From: Acidothermus cellulolyticus 11B
GTDB taxonomy: Bacteria; Actinomycetota; Actinomycetes; Acidothermales; Acidothermaceae
Assembly (NCBI RefSeq): GCF_000015025.1
Contig: NC_008578.1
Coordinates: forward strand, 330,001 to 362,000
Direction: 5' to 3'
Length of the DNA: 32,000 nucleotides
Made by a program: the position numbers and the translations under genes. A model generated the notes under the pieces. The model was not told the DNA's origin. It was given only the letters and a program-made list of their open reading frames with translations, and did no database searches. Shown here one piece after another: positions 10,134 through 19,268 of this stretch. Numbering within the stretch: position 1 is the stretch's first letter; every line of letters begins with the position of its first letter.

Positions 10134-11447
10134 GTGCTGACGGCTTTTGTTCAGGCATTCCGGACGCCTGATCTGCGCAAGAAGCTGCTCTTCGTCCTCT
10201 TCATCATCGTGCTGTTCCGGATCGGCAGTGCGATTCCAACGCCGGGCGTATCGAGCAAGAACATCAACACCTGCCTGCAACAGATCCCCCAGGGCGGTGC
10301 CGGGAACATCTACACCCTGATCAACCTGTTCAGCGGCGGTGCGCTGCTCAAGCTCTCCATCCTGGCGCTCGGCATCATGCCGTACATCACCTCGAGCATC
10401 ATCATCCAGCTGTTGGTCGTCGTGATTCCCCGGCTGGAGCGCCTCAAGGAAGAAGGGGCGTCCGGGCAGCAGAAACTCACCCAGTACACCCGCTATCTGA
10501 CGATCGGCCTTGCGGTGCTGCAATCCGCGGCGTTCGTAGCTCTGGCGCGGACCCCGGGCGCGGTGTTCAGCGGCTGCTCCCTGCCAATCATTCCGAATAC
10601 CAGCCTCGGCGTGATCGTGACGATGGTCATCATCATGACCGCGGGCACCGGGATCATCATGTGGCTCGGTGAGCTGATCACCGACCGGGGGATCGGCAAC
10701 GGCATGTCGCTGTTGATCTTCGTTCAGATTGCCGCCCGGTTCCCCGCCGAGCTCAACCAGATCCGGTTGAACAAGGGGCTGCCGACGTTCATCGGCGTGC
10801 TGGTCGTCGGAGTGGCGATCATCACCGCGATCGTCTTCATGGAGCAAGGGCAGCGGCGGATCCCGGTCCAGTACGCCAAGCGGATGGTTGGCCGGCGGAT
10901 GTACGGCGGCACGTCGACGTACATCCCGCTGAAAGTGAATCAAGCCGGTGTCATCCCGGTCATCTTCGCGTCGTCCCTGCTGTACATTCCTTCGCTGGCG
11001 ATCCAGGTTTGGGGCCCCACCAAGCACCCGGCGTTCGCGAATTTCGTGAACACGTACCTCTCCCCGAGCACGGCGCATCCGACGTACTTGCTCGCCTATT
11101 TCGTACTCATCATCTTCTTCACGTTCTTCTACGTGGCGATCACTTTCAATCCGGATGAGATCGCCGACAACATGAAGAAATACGGCGGTTTCATCCCCGG
11201 CATCCGGCCCGGCCGGCCGACCGCGGAGTACCTCAGCTACGTGCTCTCGCGGATCACTGTGCCCGGTGCCACCTACCTGGCGTTCATCGCCGTCCTGCCG
11301 GAACTTGCCCTCTCCATCGTCGGAAGTGCTCAGGCGTTTCCGTTCGGCGGCACGACGGTGCTCATCCTCGTCGGCGTCGGCCTTGACATGGTGAAGCAGA
11401 TCGAAAGCCAGTTGATGTTGCGGAATTACGAGGGATTCCTCCGGTAA
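10134..11447 (+). CDS. secY: preprotein translocase subunit SecY
   Basis: 437 aa, GTG start, multi-pass hydrophobic protein. MLTAFVQAFRTPDLRKKLLFVLFIIVLFRIGSAIPTPGV...GIMPYITSSII, in the canonical position after rplO. Confidence 0.96.
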   Translation: MLTAFVQAFRTPDLRKKLLFVLFIIVLFRIGSAIPTPGVSSKNINTCLQQIPQGGAGNIYTLINLFSGGALLKLSILALGIMPYITSSIIIQLLVVVIPRLERLKEEGASGQQKLTQYTRYLTIGLAVLQSAAFVALARTPGAVFSGCSLPIIPNTSLGVIVTMVIIMTAGTGIIMWLGELITDRGIGNGMSLLIFVQIAARFPAELNQIRLNKGLPTFIGVLVVGVAIITAIVFMEQGQRRIPVQYAKRMVGRRMYGGTSTYIPLKVNQAGVIPVIFASSLLYIPSLAIQVWGPTKHPAFANFVNTYLSPSTAHPTYLLAYFVLIIFFTFFYVAITFNPDEIADNMKKYGGFIPGIRPGRPTAEYLSYVLSRITVPGATYLAFIAVLPELALSIVGSAQAFPFGGTTVLILVGVGLDMVKQIESQLMLRNYEGFLR

Positions 11448-11462
11448 CCATGGGAGCGTAGA

Positions 11463-12116
11463 GTGCGTCTGGTCCTGGTGGGTCCGCCAGGCGCCGGCAA
11501 AGGGACCCAAGCGCAGCTCATCGCCTCCCACTTGCACGTGCCGAAAATCTCTACCGGGGACATCTTCCGGAAGAATGTCGCCGACGACACACCGCTCGGC
11601 CGCCTTGCCAAGCAGTACATGGACGCCGGCGATCTGGTGCCCGACGAGGTGACCATCGCGATGGTCCGCGACCGGCTGGCCGGCGACGACGTGCGCGACG
11701 GGTTCCTCCTCGACGGTTTTCCCCGGACGGTCCACCAGGCGGTGGAGCTCGACGCGATGCTTGCCGAGGCCGGTGCGCGGTTGGACGTCGTGCTCGAGCT
11801 CGTCGTGGACGACGACGAGGTCATCCGGCGGCTCTCCGGTCGCCGCACCTGCGCCGACTGTGCCCATGTCTGGCACGTCACCTACGACCCACCGACGGTG
11901 GACGGCGTCTGCGACCTGTGCGGGGGGAAGCTCTTTCAGCGGGAGGACGATCGCGAGGAGACCGTCCGGCACCGGTTGGAGGTGTACTACCAGCAGACGG
12001 CTCCGCTGATCGACTACTACGCGGCCCGGGGGATTCTCGAAGGCATCGATGCGATGGGACCGGTCGAGGAGGTCACGGCGCGGGCGGTCGCGGCGCTGCG
12101 GCACTGGAGCAGGTAG
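11463..12116 (+). CDS. adk: adenylate kinase (long form, Cys4 LID)
   Basis: GTG 11463; P-loop [10 protein letters not shown]; LLDGFPRT; LID region CADC...CDLC (217 aa). Confidence 0.95.
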   Translation: MRLVLVGPPGAGKGTQAQLIASHLHVPKISTGDIFRKNVADDTPLGRLAKQYMDAGDLVPDEVTIAMVRDRLAGDDVRDGFLLDGFPRTVHQAVELDAMLAEAGARLDVVLELVVDDDEVIRRLSGRRTCADCAHVWHVTYDPPTVDGVCDLCGGKLFQREDDREETVRHRLEVYYQQTAPLIDYYAARGILEGIDAMGPVEEVTARAVAALRHWSR

Positions 12117-12201
12117 GGTCGCCGGCACGAGCCGGAGACGCCGCGACGTGGACTGGCGGGCGTTGAGACGGGAGGATCCGTACGCGGTGCGGAGGAGATC
12201 G

Positions 12202-13017
12202 ATGATTCAGCTGAAGAGCGATGCGGAGATCGCGAAGATGCGCGAGGCCGGCCTCGTCGTCGCGGCCGCGCTGGACGCCGTCCGTGCCGCCATCGCACCC
12301 GGGGTGACCACCGCCGAGCTTGATGAGATCGCCGCTGACGTCCTGCGAAACGCGGGGGCGGCCTCGAACTTCAAGGGATACCGGGCAGGCGGGAGCGTCC
12401 CTTATCCGGCGACGATCTGCGCGTCGATCAATGACGAGGTGGTGCATGGCATTCCGAGCCGCAAGCGGACGTTGCGCGCTGGCGACATCATCTCCATTGA
12501 CTGCGGGGCGATTGTCGACGGCTGGCATGCCGACGCAGCGTTCACCGCAGGGGTCGGCGAGATTTCGCCGGAGGCTGCCCGGCTCATCGAGGTGTGCGAG
12601 GAGGCGCTGTGGCGCGGTATCGCCGCTGGCCGACCGGGGGCGACCCTTGGGGACATCGGCTACGCGGTGGAGAGCTATGTCCGCTCCCAGGGCGACTACG
12701 GCATGGTCGAGGAGTACGGCGGTCACGGGATCGGCACGGAGATGCACCAGGAGCCGCATGTCCCGAATCGCGGCAAGCCGGGCCGTGGTTTGCGGCTGGT
12801 TCCCGGGTTGGTGCTCGCCGTCGAGCCTATGATCATGCTGGGCGATCGCCGGGTCTTCACCCGAGATGATCACTGGACGGTTGCCACGGTGGACGGCAGC
12901 TGGGCTGCGCACTTCGAACACACCTTCGCCGTGACCGCCGACGGTCCCATGGTGCTGACGGCTCCCGACCTCGGTGCCGCCCGGCTCGGGTCGCTCGCCT
13001 CGCGCGCCGCCGGGTGA
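12202..13017 (+). CDS. map: type I methionine aminopeptidase
   Basis: Within ORF 12049..13017, ATG 12202 follows GGAGGAG. Metal-ligand contexts are present: [42 protein letters not shown] (271 aa). Confidence 0.93.
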   Translation: MIQLKSDAEIAKMREAGLVVAAALDAVRAAIAPGVTTAELDEIAADVLRNAGAASNFKGYRAGGSVPYPATICASINDEVVHGIPSRKRTLRAGDIISIDCGAIVDGWHADAAFTAGVGEISPEAARLIEVCEEALWRGIAAGRPGATLGDIGYAVESYVRSQGDYGMVEEYGGHGIGTEMHQEPHVPNRGKPGRGLRLVPGLVLAVEPMIMLGDRRVFTRDDHWTVATVDGSWAAHFEHTFAVTADGPMVLTAPDLGAARLGSLASRAAG

Positions 13018-13217
13018 CGCGCCCACCCCAGACCGGTCACCCCAGCCCGGTTTCACAGACCGCCGCTGTCTCGCGTAAACTTGCCACTCGGCCCACCGCG
13101 CTGCGTGTTCTGTCCCGGCGGTTCCCGACGGAACGTACATCGCGTGCGGTGCCTTGCGTCTGTCAACGGGACGGCGGAGGCTGGGCCGGCGAGAGAGGCG
13201 TACGGAACGCGGAGGAC

Positions 13218-13439
13218 ATGGCAAAGAAGGACGGGGTCATCGAGATCGAGGGCCAGGTGATCGAGCCGCTGCCCAACGCGATGTTCCGGGTCGAGCTGGC
13301 CAACGGCCACAAGGTCCTCGCCCACATCAGCGGCAAGATGCGGATGCACTACATTCGCATCCTGCCGGGTGACCGGGTGGTCGTCGAGCTGAGCCCCTAT
13401 GACCTCAATCGCGGCCGGATCGTCTACCGCTACCGTTGA
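13218..13439 (+). CDS. infA: translation initiation factor IF-1
   Basis: ATG 13218 follows [80 protein letters not shown] (73 aa). Confidence 0.96.
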   Translation: MAKKDGVIEIEGQVIEPLPNAMFRVELANGHKVLAHISGKMRMHYIRILPGDRVVVELSPYDLNRGRIVYRYR

Positions 13440-13478
13440 CCGCCGTGGCGTGGGTCGGAGCAGTGCGCAGGAGATGCG

Positions 13479-13592
13479 ATGAAGGTTAAGCCGAGCGTCA
13501 AGAAGATTTGTGACAAGTGCAAGGTGATCCGGCGACACGGCCGGGTCATGGTGATTTGCCAGAATCTGCGGCACAAGCAGCGTCAGGGGTAG
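13479..13592 (+). CDS. rpmJ: 50S ribosomal protein bL36 (Cys3His zinc form)
   Basis: Not in the ORF track because it is too short; found by manual translation. [37 protein letters not shown], then TAG 13590-13592. It sits in the canonical slot between infA and rpsM. Confidence 0.93.
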   Translation: MKVKPSVKKICDKCKVIRRHGRVMVICQNLRHKQRQG

Positions 13593-13601
13593 GGAGCAAA
13601 G

Positions 13602-13982
13602 GTGGCCCGTCTCGTCGGTGTCGATCTTCCGCGCGACAAGCGGCTGGAGGTCGCGCTCACGTACATCTATGGCATCGGTCGTACCCGCGCGCTGGAGACG
13701 CTCGCTGCCACCGGCATCAGCCCCGATCTGCGGGTCCGGGATCTGACGGACGACGATCTGCTGAAGCTCCGGGAATGGATCGAGGCAAATTACCGGGTCG
13801 AGGGGGACTTGCGCCGCGAAGTCGCCGCGGACATTCGCCGCAAGATTGAGATCGGCTGCTACCAGGGGATTCGTCATCGCCGCGGCCTTCCGGTGCGCGG
13901 CCAGCGCACGCACACCAACGCCCGCACCCGGAAGGGTCCCCGCAAGACTGTCGCTGGGAAGAAGAAGCCCGGCAAGAAGTAA
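13602..13982 (+). CDS. rpsM: 30S ribosomal protein uS13
   Basis: GTG 13602 follows [41 protein letters not shown] (126 aa). Confidence 0.95.
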   Translation: MARLVGVDLPRDKRLEVALTYIYGIGRTRALETLAATGISPDLRVRDLTDDDLLKLREWIEANYRVEGDLRREVAADIRRKIEIGCYQGIRHRRGLPVRGQRTHTNARTRKGPRKTVAGKKKPGKK

Positions 13983-14087
13983 CTCGGCACGATCCTGCCG
14001 GACGTCGCCAACGCGAGCCGGCATTCCGCAGACCGCTGATCAACTGACGACCACGAGACCAACGAGTACGGGAGAGACACCAGCCCG

Positions 14088-14495
14088 ATGCCACCGAAGA
14101 CGCGAAGCCAGACCGGTGCTAAGAAGGTGCGCCGGAAGGAGAAGAAGAACGTGGCGCACGGCCACGCGCACATCAAGAGCACGTTCAACAACACCATCGT
14201 CTCGATCACCGATCCCAGCGGCGCGGTGATCGCCTGGGCCAGCGCCGGTCAGGTGGGGTTCAAGGGTTCGCGGAAGTCCACGCCGTTCGCCGCGCAGATG
14301 ACCGCGGAGGCCGCGGCCCGCCGCGCCCAGGAGCACGGGATGCGCAAGGTCGACGTGTTCGTCAAGGGGCCGGGGTCTGGCCGGGAGACCGCGATTCGTT
14401 CCCTGCAAGCGGTTGGTCTTGAGGTCGGTTCCATCCAAGACGTGACGCCGGTGCCGCACAACGGCTGCCGTCCCCCGAAGCGGCGGAGGGTCTGA
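14088..14495 (+). CDS. rpsK: 30S ribosomal protein uS11
   Basis: [36 protein letters not shown] (135 aa). Confidence 0.95.
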   Translation: MPPKTRSQTGAKKVRRKEKKNVAHGHAHIKSTFNNTIVSITDPSGAVIAWASAGQVGFKGSRKSTPFAAQMTAEAAARRAQEHGMRKVDVFVKGPGSGRETAIRSLQAVGLEVGSIQDVTPVPHNGCRPPKRRRV

Positions 14496-15121
14496 TGGCT
14501 CGGTACCTCGGAGCGGATTGCAAGCTCTGCCGGCGCGAGAAGATGAAGCTCTTCCTCAAGGGCTCGAAGTGCGAATCGCCGAAGTGCCCGATCGAGGAGC
14601 GTCCCTACCCGCCGGGTGAGCATGGCCGGACTCGGGCAAAGGAGAGCGAGTACCTCCTTCAGCTGCGCGAGAAGCAGAAGTGCGCGCGGATTTACGGCGT
14701 CCTGGAGAAGCAGTTCCGCCGCTACTACGAGGAGGCGAGCCGGAAGACCGGCCGCACCGGCGAGAACTTGCTGCGGATCCTGGAGAGCCGGTTGGACAAC
14801 GTCGTTTATCGTGCCGGGTTCGCCGCGAGTCGCGACCAGGCGCGGCAGCTGGTCCGGCACGGTCACTTCCTCGTCAACGGACGGCGGGTGGACATCCCGA
14901 GCTACCGCGTGAGTGAGAACGACGTCATCGAAGTCGCGGAGAAGTCGCGCGAGCTCACGCCGTTCGTCATTGCCCGGGCGGTAGCCGGTGAGCGTACCGT
15001 GCCGCCGTGGCTTGAAGTCATCCCGAACCGGCTGCGGATCCTCGTCCACTCGTTGCCCAGCCGGCAGGTGATCGACACGCCGGTGCAGGAGCAGCTCATC
15101 GTGGAGTTCTACTCGAAGTAA
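14495..15121 (+). CDS. rpsD: 30S ribosomal protein uS4 (Cys4 N-terminal motif)
   Basis: The ATG overlaps the rpsK TGA by 1 nt. [34 protein letters not shown], followed by an S4 RNA-binding domain (208 aa). Confidence 0.95.
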   Translation: MARYLGADCKLCRREKMKLFLKGSKCESPKCPIEERPYPPGEHGRTRAKESEYLLQLREKQKCARIYGVLEKQFRRYYEEASRKTGRTGENLLRILESRLDNVVYRAGFAASRDQARQLVRHGHFLVNGRRVDIPSYRVSENDVIEVAEKSRELTPFVIARAVAGERTVPPWLEVIPNRLRILVHSLPSRQVIDTPVQEQLIVEFYSK

Positions 15122-15196
15122 GACCTCCGGCCACGACCGGTCGGTGTTCCACTCGCGGCGTCATATGGCGGTCGCCCGAGACCTTGGAGGCAAGAA

Positions 15197-16222
15197 GTGC
15201 TCATCGCACAACGACCAACCATTACCGAAGAACCTGTCCACGACACGCGGTCACGTTTCGTGATCGAACCTCTCGAACCGGGTTTCGGCTACACCCTGGG
15301 CAATTCGCTGCGGCGGACGCTGCTCTCGTCCATTCCGGGAGCCGCGGTGACGAGCCTGCGCATTGACGGCGTCCTGCACGAGTTCTCCACCGTGCCGGGA
15401 GCCAAAGAGGACGTCACCGAGATGATCCTCAACATCAAAGAGCTGGTCGTCTCGTCCGAGCACGACGACCCGCAGGTCATCTACCTCCGCAAGCAAGGCC
15501 CGTGCGAAGTGACGGCGGCGGACATCGTCGCCCCCGCCGGGGTCGAGGTGCACAATCCCGACCTGCACATCGCGACCCTGAACGACAAGGGCAAGCTCGA
15601 GATCGAGATGGTCGTGGAGCGGGGTCGTGGTTACGTGCCTGCGGCGCAGAACAAGCTTCCCGGCCACGAGATCGGCCGTATTCCCATTGACTCGATCTAC
15701 TCCCCGGTGCTGAAGGTGACGTACAAGGTCGAGGCCACCCGTGTCGAGCAGCGCACCGACTTCGACCGGTTGATCATGGACGTCGAGACGAAACCGTCGA
15801 TGCGGCCGCGGGACGCCATGGCCAGTGCCGGCAAGACACTCGTCGAGCTCTTCGGCCTGGTCCGCGAGCTGAATGTGGACGCTGAAGGCATCGACATCGG
15901 CCCGTCGCCGTCCGATGCCGCGCTCGCCGCCGATCTCGCCCTCCCCATCGAGGATCTCAACCTCACCGTCCGGTCCTACAACTGCTTGAAGCGGGAGGGG
16001 ATCCACACGGTCGGCGAGCTCGTCGCGAGGAGCGAGGCGGATCTCCTGGACATCCGGAATTTCGGCCAGAAGTCGATCGAAGAGGTGAAGACGAAGCTGG
16101 CGGAGATGGGTCTGTCGCTCAAGGACTCTCCGCCGGGATTCGACCCCGGCCGGGTGGTCTACTCCGCTTCCCGTTCTGACTACGACGAGGATCAGCGGTA
16201 TATCGAGACGGAGCAGCTGTAG
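15197..16222 (+). CDS. rpoA: DNA-directed RNA polymerase subunit alpha
   Basis: GTG 15197 follows GGAGGCAAGAA. The NTD has [33 protein letters not shown]; the CTD has [23 protein letters not shown] (341 aa). Confidence 0.97.
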   Translation: MLIAQRPTITEEPVHDTRSRFVIEPLEPGFGYTLGNSLRRTLLSSIPGAAVTSLRIDGVLHEFSTVPGAKEDVTEMILNIKELVVSSEHDDPQVIYLRKQGPCEVTAADIVAPAGVEVHNPDLHIATLNDKGKLEIEMVVERGRGYVPAAQNKLPGHEIGRIPIDSIYSPVLKVTYKVEATRVEQRTDFDRLIMDVETKPSMRPRDAMASAGKTLVELFGLVRELNVDAEGIDIGPSPSDAALAADLALPIEDLNLTVRSYNCLKREGIHTVGELVARSEADLLDIRNFGQKSIEEVKTKLAEMGLSLKDSPPGFDPGRVVYSASRSDYDEDQRYIETEQL

Positions 16223-16270
16223 GACGGTACCGCGGTCGCTGCGCCGCGCGAAGACGAGAAAGGTCGATCC

Positions 16271-16939
16271 ATGCCCTCGCCGACCAAGGGAGCCCGCCTC
16301 GGTGGCGGCCCGGCTCACGAGCGCCTCATCCTCGCGGGTCTGGCCACCGCGTTGTTCGCCCATGGCCGGGTTCGGACGACGGAGGCAAAGGCACGCCGCC
16401 TCCGGCCACTGGCTGAACGTCTCATCACCAAGGCCAAGCGCGGGGATCTCCACGCGCGACGGCAGGTGCTGACCGTGGTCCGCGACAAGACCGTGGTGCA
16501 CCGGCTCTTCGCGGAAATTGGCCCGCAGTACCGGAATCGGCCCGGCGGCTATACCCGGATTCTCAAGCTCGGCCCGCGGAAGGGCGACGCAGCACCGATG
16601 GCGTTGATCGAATTGGTGGAACCGGCGGCGGAAGAAGTCGTCGCCGAGGCCACCGCCGCGACGCGCCGGTCCGCCCGGGATCGGGTCGGACGGCGAAGCA
16701 GGGCCGCGGAGGCGCCGACTGCACCGGCCGAAGTCGCTGCCGGCGGGGCGGAGCCCGTGGCGGCGGTCGCCGAACCGGTCGGGTCGGCCGCGGGTACCGC
16801 CGAGGCGCCGGCCGCGGCGCCCGACGAAACGGCCGGGGCGGAGCCTGCGGTGGCGGCCGCCGAGTCACCGGCGGCTGCAGACGCTGAGGCCCCTGCCGGC
16901 GCTGGTGCCGCTGCAGAGGAGCCGGAAGAGAAGCCCTGA
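16271..16939 (+). CDS. rplQ: 50S ribosomal protein bL17 with an acidic C-terminal tail of about 100 aa
   Basis: [56 protein letters not shown]...[15 protein letters not shown], followed by an Ala/Glu/Pro tail (222 aa). Confidence 0.93.
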   Translation: MPSPTKGARLGGGPAHERLILAGLATALFAHGRVRTTEAKARRLRPLAERLITKAKRGDLHARRQVLTVVRDKTVVHRLFAEIGPQYRNRPGGYTRILKLGPRKGDAAPMALIELVEPAAEEVVAEATAATRRSARDRVGRRSRAAEAPTAPAEVAAGGAEPVAAVAEPVGSAAGTAEAPAAAPDETAGAEPAVAAAESPAAADAEAPAGAGAAAEEPEEKP

Positions 16940-16959
16940 CCGAGCCGGAGTCGCCGGGG

Positions 16960-17853
16960 TTGACGGCACTGCCTGACGGCCGGGACGACGCCGGCCGAGC
17001 GGACGCCGCGACAGCGCGACTGCGCATCGACCTCGGATACGACGGGACCGATTTCGCAGGCTTTGCCCGTCAACCGGGACTGCGCACCGTCCAAGCGGAG
17101 GTCGAGCGCGCGCTCGCCGTCGTCCTGCGACTGCCGGAGCCGCCGCCGGTCACGGCGGCAGGCCGGACGGACGCCGGGGTGCACGCGCGCGGGCAAGTGC
17201 TGCACGTCGACGTCCCCATCGATGCCCTCCGGGTGGTCGGCGCAGCCGAAACCGGCGCCGCTGACGCTGTGGCGCAGCTGGCCGCGCGGCTGAACGGCGT
17301 CCTCCCTGACGACATTGCCGTGCACGCTGTCGGCCTCGCGCCTCCCGGTTTCGACGCCCGGTTCTCGGCACTCGCCCGCCGGTACAGCTACCGTGTTGCG
17401 GACCGGCGCTGGGATCCGCTGCGCCGCCGCGACACGCTCCGATGGCCGCGCCCGCTCGACGAGACCGCGATGAACGCCGCCGGCGCGGCACTGCTCGGTG
17501 AACATGATTTCGCCGCCTTCTGCCGCCGTCGGGAGAATGCGACGACGATCCGGCGCTTGCTCCGGTTCGAGTGGCTCCGCGACGGCGACGGCGTGCTGGT
17601 GGCACAGGTCGAGGCCGACGCATTCTGCCACTCGATGGTGCGGGCGCTGGTCGGCGCCGTGCTTGCCGTCGGTGCCGGACGGCGTCCGGTTGGCTGGCCG
17701 GCCGAGGTGCTAGCCGCGCGGGCCCGGGACCCTGCGGTGACGGTGGTCCCGCCGCACGGGCTCACGCTGGAGGAGGTCTGCTATCCCCCGGTTGACCTGC
17801 TTGCGGCGCGCGCAGCCCAGACCCGGCGGCGTCGGGATGTCGCGTCCGGCTGA
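16960..17853 (+). CDS. truA: tRNA pseudouridine(38-40) synthase TruA
   Basis: LRIDLGYDGTDFAGFARQPG and the catalytic-Asp context AAGRTDAGVHARGQV. The only in-frame start near the N-terminus is TTG 16960, so the start is uncertain. Confidence 0.88.
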   Translation: MTALPDGRDDAGRADAATARLRIDLGYDGTDFAGFARQPGLRTVQAEVERALAVVLRLPEPPPVTAAGRTDAGVHARGQVLHVDVPIDALRVVGAAETGAADAVAQLAARLNGVLPDDIAVHAVGLAPPGFDARFSALARRYSYRVADRRWDPLRRRDTLRWPRPLDETAMNAAGAALLGEHDFAAFCRRRENATTIRRLLRFEWLRDGDGVLVAQVEADAFCHSMVRALVGAVLAVGAGRRPVGWPAEVLAARARDPAVTVVPPHGLTLEEVCYPPVDLLAARAAQTRRRRDVASG

Positions 17854-17868
17854 TCCGGGACGATCAGC
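17849..17868. terminator. hairpin between convergent truA and the DUF4097 gene (possible bidirectional terminator)
   Basis: gctgatc-cgggac-gatcagc: a 7-bp stem with a 6-nt loop. The stem contains both stop codons (truA TGA 17851-17853; minus-strand TGA 17866-17864). There is no clear U-tract. Confidence 0.35.
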
Positions 17869-18706
17869 TTGCCTGCCGGGCGGCGACGGTTGCCCGGTGG
17901 AGCCGGATGTCCCCGGAGCCGGTTCGCGCCCGAATGGTGATGGATTGCCGCTGTGGTTCATGGCTGGTCAACGGCAGGTCGGAGATGAGCCGTCCGGAGC
18001 CGGTGACGATGTCGAGCCGGGCCGCCTGCCCGGGAGGCAGTCCGATGGAATGCGACCCGGCGCCGCTCATCAGGTTGACGTCCGCGTATGCCGCCTCGAT
18101 CGTCGCGCCGGCCGCGCCGGTGCGGAGCCGGGTGACCGCGTCTGCGACGCCGATCCGCAGGGAACCGCTGGCGCACTGTACGGTCACCGGTGCCCTCGCG
18201 TGATCGATGTCGATTTCGCAGGCGCCGCAGCGGGCGGTAACCGCCTCCCGCGCCTCGCGGATGCGCAGCCGCCCATACCCGCCGCGCAGCCGCACGGCCC
18301 CTCGGACGTCGTCCGCCTGGACGGCGACCCGGCCGCCGGCGACAAGGATCGGGCCGGATGGGCCGTGCACGGTGACGTCACCGTCGAACACGGCGACCCG
18401 CACGCCCGAGGTCGCGGGCGCCACCACGCGGACCTCCAGCCCGGCGTACGGCTTCAGCCAGGCCTCCAGGATGCTGCGCTTCCAGCGGCTCGGCCGCGGC
18501 CCCCGGATCGCGAGGTGCGAGCCGCGCAGATCGACCGAGGTGCGGTCAGCGACGTCCGATGTTGCATCACGGGCCTGGAGTTCAACCACGACCTCCGCCA
18601 CGTGATCACCGAGTTCGACGGTGAGCGTCGCCACCGCCAGCGTGCAGTCGATCGTAATCGGTCCTTCGCTGGGGAATGTCCGACGTCTCGGCAGGTGCTC
18701 AGGCAC
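17864..18706 (-). CDS. DUF4097-like beta-strand-repeat protein, no signal peptide or TM segment seen
   Basis: 280 aa; GTG 18706 lies about 10 nt downstream of GGAGG. Short beta-strand units are reiterated (LEVRVVAPATSGVRVAVFDGDVTVHG, VAVQADDVRGAVRLRGGYGRLRI, IDIDHARAPVTVQCASGSLRIGV, LDIVTGSGRL, ITIRARTGSGDIRL), which is typical of the DUF4097/LiaG-like putative adhesin fold. The competing + strand ORF 17792..18940 is Arg/Pro/Gly junk. Confidence 0.7.
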   Translation of the reverse strand: MPEHLPRRRTFPSEGPITIDCTLAVATLTVELGDHVAEVVVELQARDATSDVADRTSVDLRGSHLAIRGPRPSRWKRSILEAWLKPYAGLEVRVVAPATSGVRVAVFDGDVTVHGPSGPILVAGGRVAVQADDVRGAVRLRGGYGRLRIREAREAVTARCGACEIDIDHARAPVTVQCASGSLRIGVADAVTRLRTGAAGATIEAAYADVNLMSGAGSHSIGLPPGQAARLDIVTGSGRLISDLPLTSHEPQRQSITIRARTGSGDIRLHRATVAARQAS

Positions 18707-18712
18707 GGCGTC

Positions 18713-19216
18713 TCACCCCTCCACCCAGCCGCTGATCCGCTGTGCGCCGTAGCCGAAACCGGACGGCCAGCCGGTCGCCCAATTCCCGTGCGGCAGGCTG
18801 AGCGCCCGTTGGGCGGCGCGGATGAGCCAGCTGTTCACGGAGACGCCCTCCCGCTCCGCGGCGCGGTCAATCTCGGCCTTGAGGGTTTCGGGGAGCCGGA
18901 GCGAGATCCGCGCCGTCGGTTCACCATCGGCGGGTTGTGACGGCTCAGCGGCGGGCGCTTCGCGAGGCATGATCACCTGTACATCGATGTCATCACCGTT
19001 CAGCTGCGCGGTGACCGAGCCGGGAATCCCGTCCGCAAAGAGCGTGCTGGTGATCTCGCCGGCCGCCCGGGTGACGGCGTCGAGAACGGCCAACCGGACG
19101 GCGGCCTCGGCTGCCGCGGCAAGCGCTTCGGCGACTTGCCGGGTTCGTTCGTCGCCGAGGGCCGCGGCGGCGCGGAGCTGAGCCAGCACTTGATCAACAA
19201 TGGGTTGCAGCTGCAT
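18713..19216 (-). CDS. ribbon-helix-helix (HicB/CopG-like) domain protein with an Ala-rich helical N-domain and a Trp/Gly-rich tail
   Basis: 167 aa, ATG 19216. RHH signature RISLRLPETLKAEIDRAAEREGVSVNSWLIRAAQRAL; C-terminal tail HGNWATGWPSGFGYGAQRISGWVEG. There is no SD, and a -10-like CATAAT lies 6 nt upstream of the ATG, so it is possibly leaderless. It lies 6 nt upstream of the DUF4097 gene. Confidence 0.65.
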   Translation of the reverse strand: MQLQPIVDQVLAQLRAAAALGDERTRQVAEALAAAAEAAVRLAVLDAVTRAAGEITSTLFADGIPGSVTAQLNGDDIDVQVIMPREAPAAEPSQPADGEPTARISLRLPETLKAEIDRAAEREGVSVNSWLIRAAQRALSLPHGNWATGWPSGFGYGAQRISGWVEG

Positions 19217-19222
19217 GACAGC

Positions 19223-19250
19223 ATTATGACACCGAACTTGACATCGTCAA
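19223..19250 (-). promoter_or_regulatory. candidate promoter for the RHH/DUF4097 operon (leaderless transcript)
   Basis: On the minus strand: -35 TTGACG (19250-19245), a 16-nt spacer, and -10 CATAAT (19228-19223). The ATG at 19216 begins 7 nt after the -10, and there is no SD. Confidence 0.45.
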
Positions 19251-19251
19251 G
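19237..19251. promoter_or_regulatory. inverted repeat CTTGAC-N3-GTCAAG, a candidate operator shared by divergent promoters
   Basis: cttgacatcgtcaag has perfect 6-bp arms. The left arm contains TTGACA (+ strand) and the right arm contains TTGACG (- strand). Confidence 0.5.
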
Positions 19252-19266
19252 ATGTCTTGGTAGCGT
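19238..19266 (+). promoter_or_regulatory. candidate sigma-70-type promoter for the ABC transporter operon
   Basis: -35 TTGACA (19238-19243), a 17-nt spacer, and -10 TAGCGT (19261-19266, TAnnnT). The predicted TSS near 19273 leaves a leader of about 160 nt. Confidence 0.5.
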
Positions 19267-19268
19267 CA

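Noticed and set aside
10065-12128. 687-aa minus-strand ORF antisense to secY and adk
   Set aside because: It fully overlaps two highly conserved genes. The composition is dominated by R/D/P/H/G and there is no domain signature, so it is a high-GC artefact.
13018-13217. Promoter for infA-rpmJ-rpsM in the 200-nt map-infA spacer (for example TTGCCA near 13080, TTGCGT near 13155)
   Set aside because: I could not pair either -35-like hexamer with a TAnnnT -10 at 16-19 nt spacing. A promoter is likely here but I cannot place it from sequence alone.
12073-13224. 383-aa minus-strand ORF antisense to map
   Set aside because: map on the + strand has all MetAP metal-ligand motifs, whereas the antisense product has none.
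15251-16501. 416-aa minus-strand ORF antisense to rpoA/rplQ
   Set aside because: It is antisense to rpoA, has no motifs, and is a high-GC artefact.
17792-18940. 382-aa + strand ORF overlapping the DUF4097 and RHH genes
   Set aside because: The translation is Arg/Pro/Gly/Asp-rich junk with no repeats or motifs. The minus-strand frames give a coherent beta-repeat protein and an RHH motif with SD and promoter support.
18713-19216. The RHH protein as a HicB antitoxin of a HicAB toxin-antitoxin pair
   Set aside because: No HicA-like small toxin ORF, or any other toxin-like ORF, is adjacent. The partner gene is a 280-aa beta-repeat protein, so a classical type II TA call is not supported.
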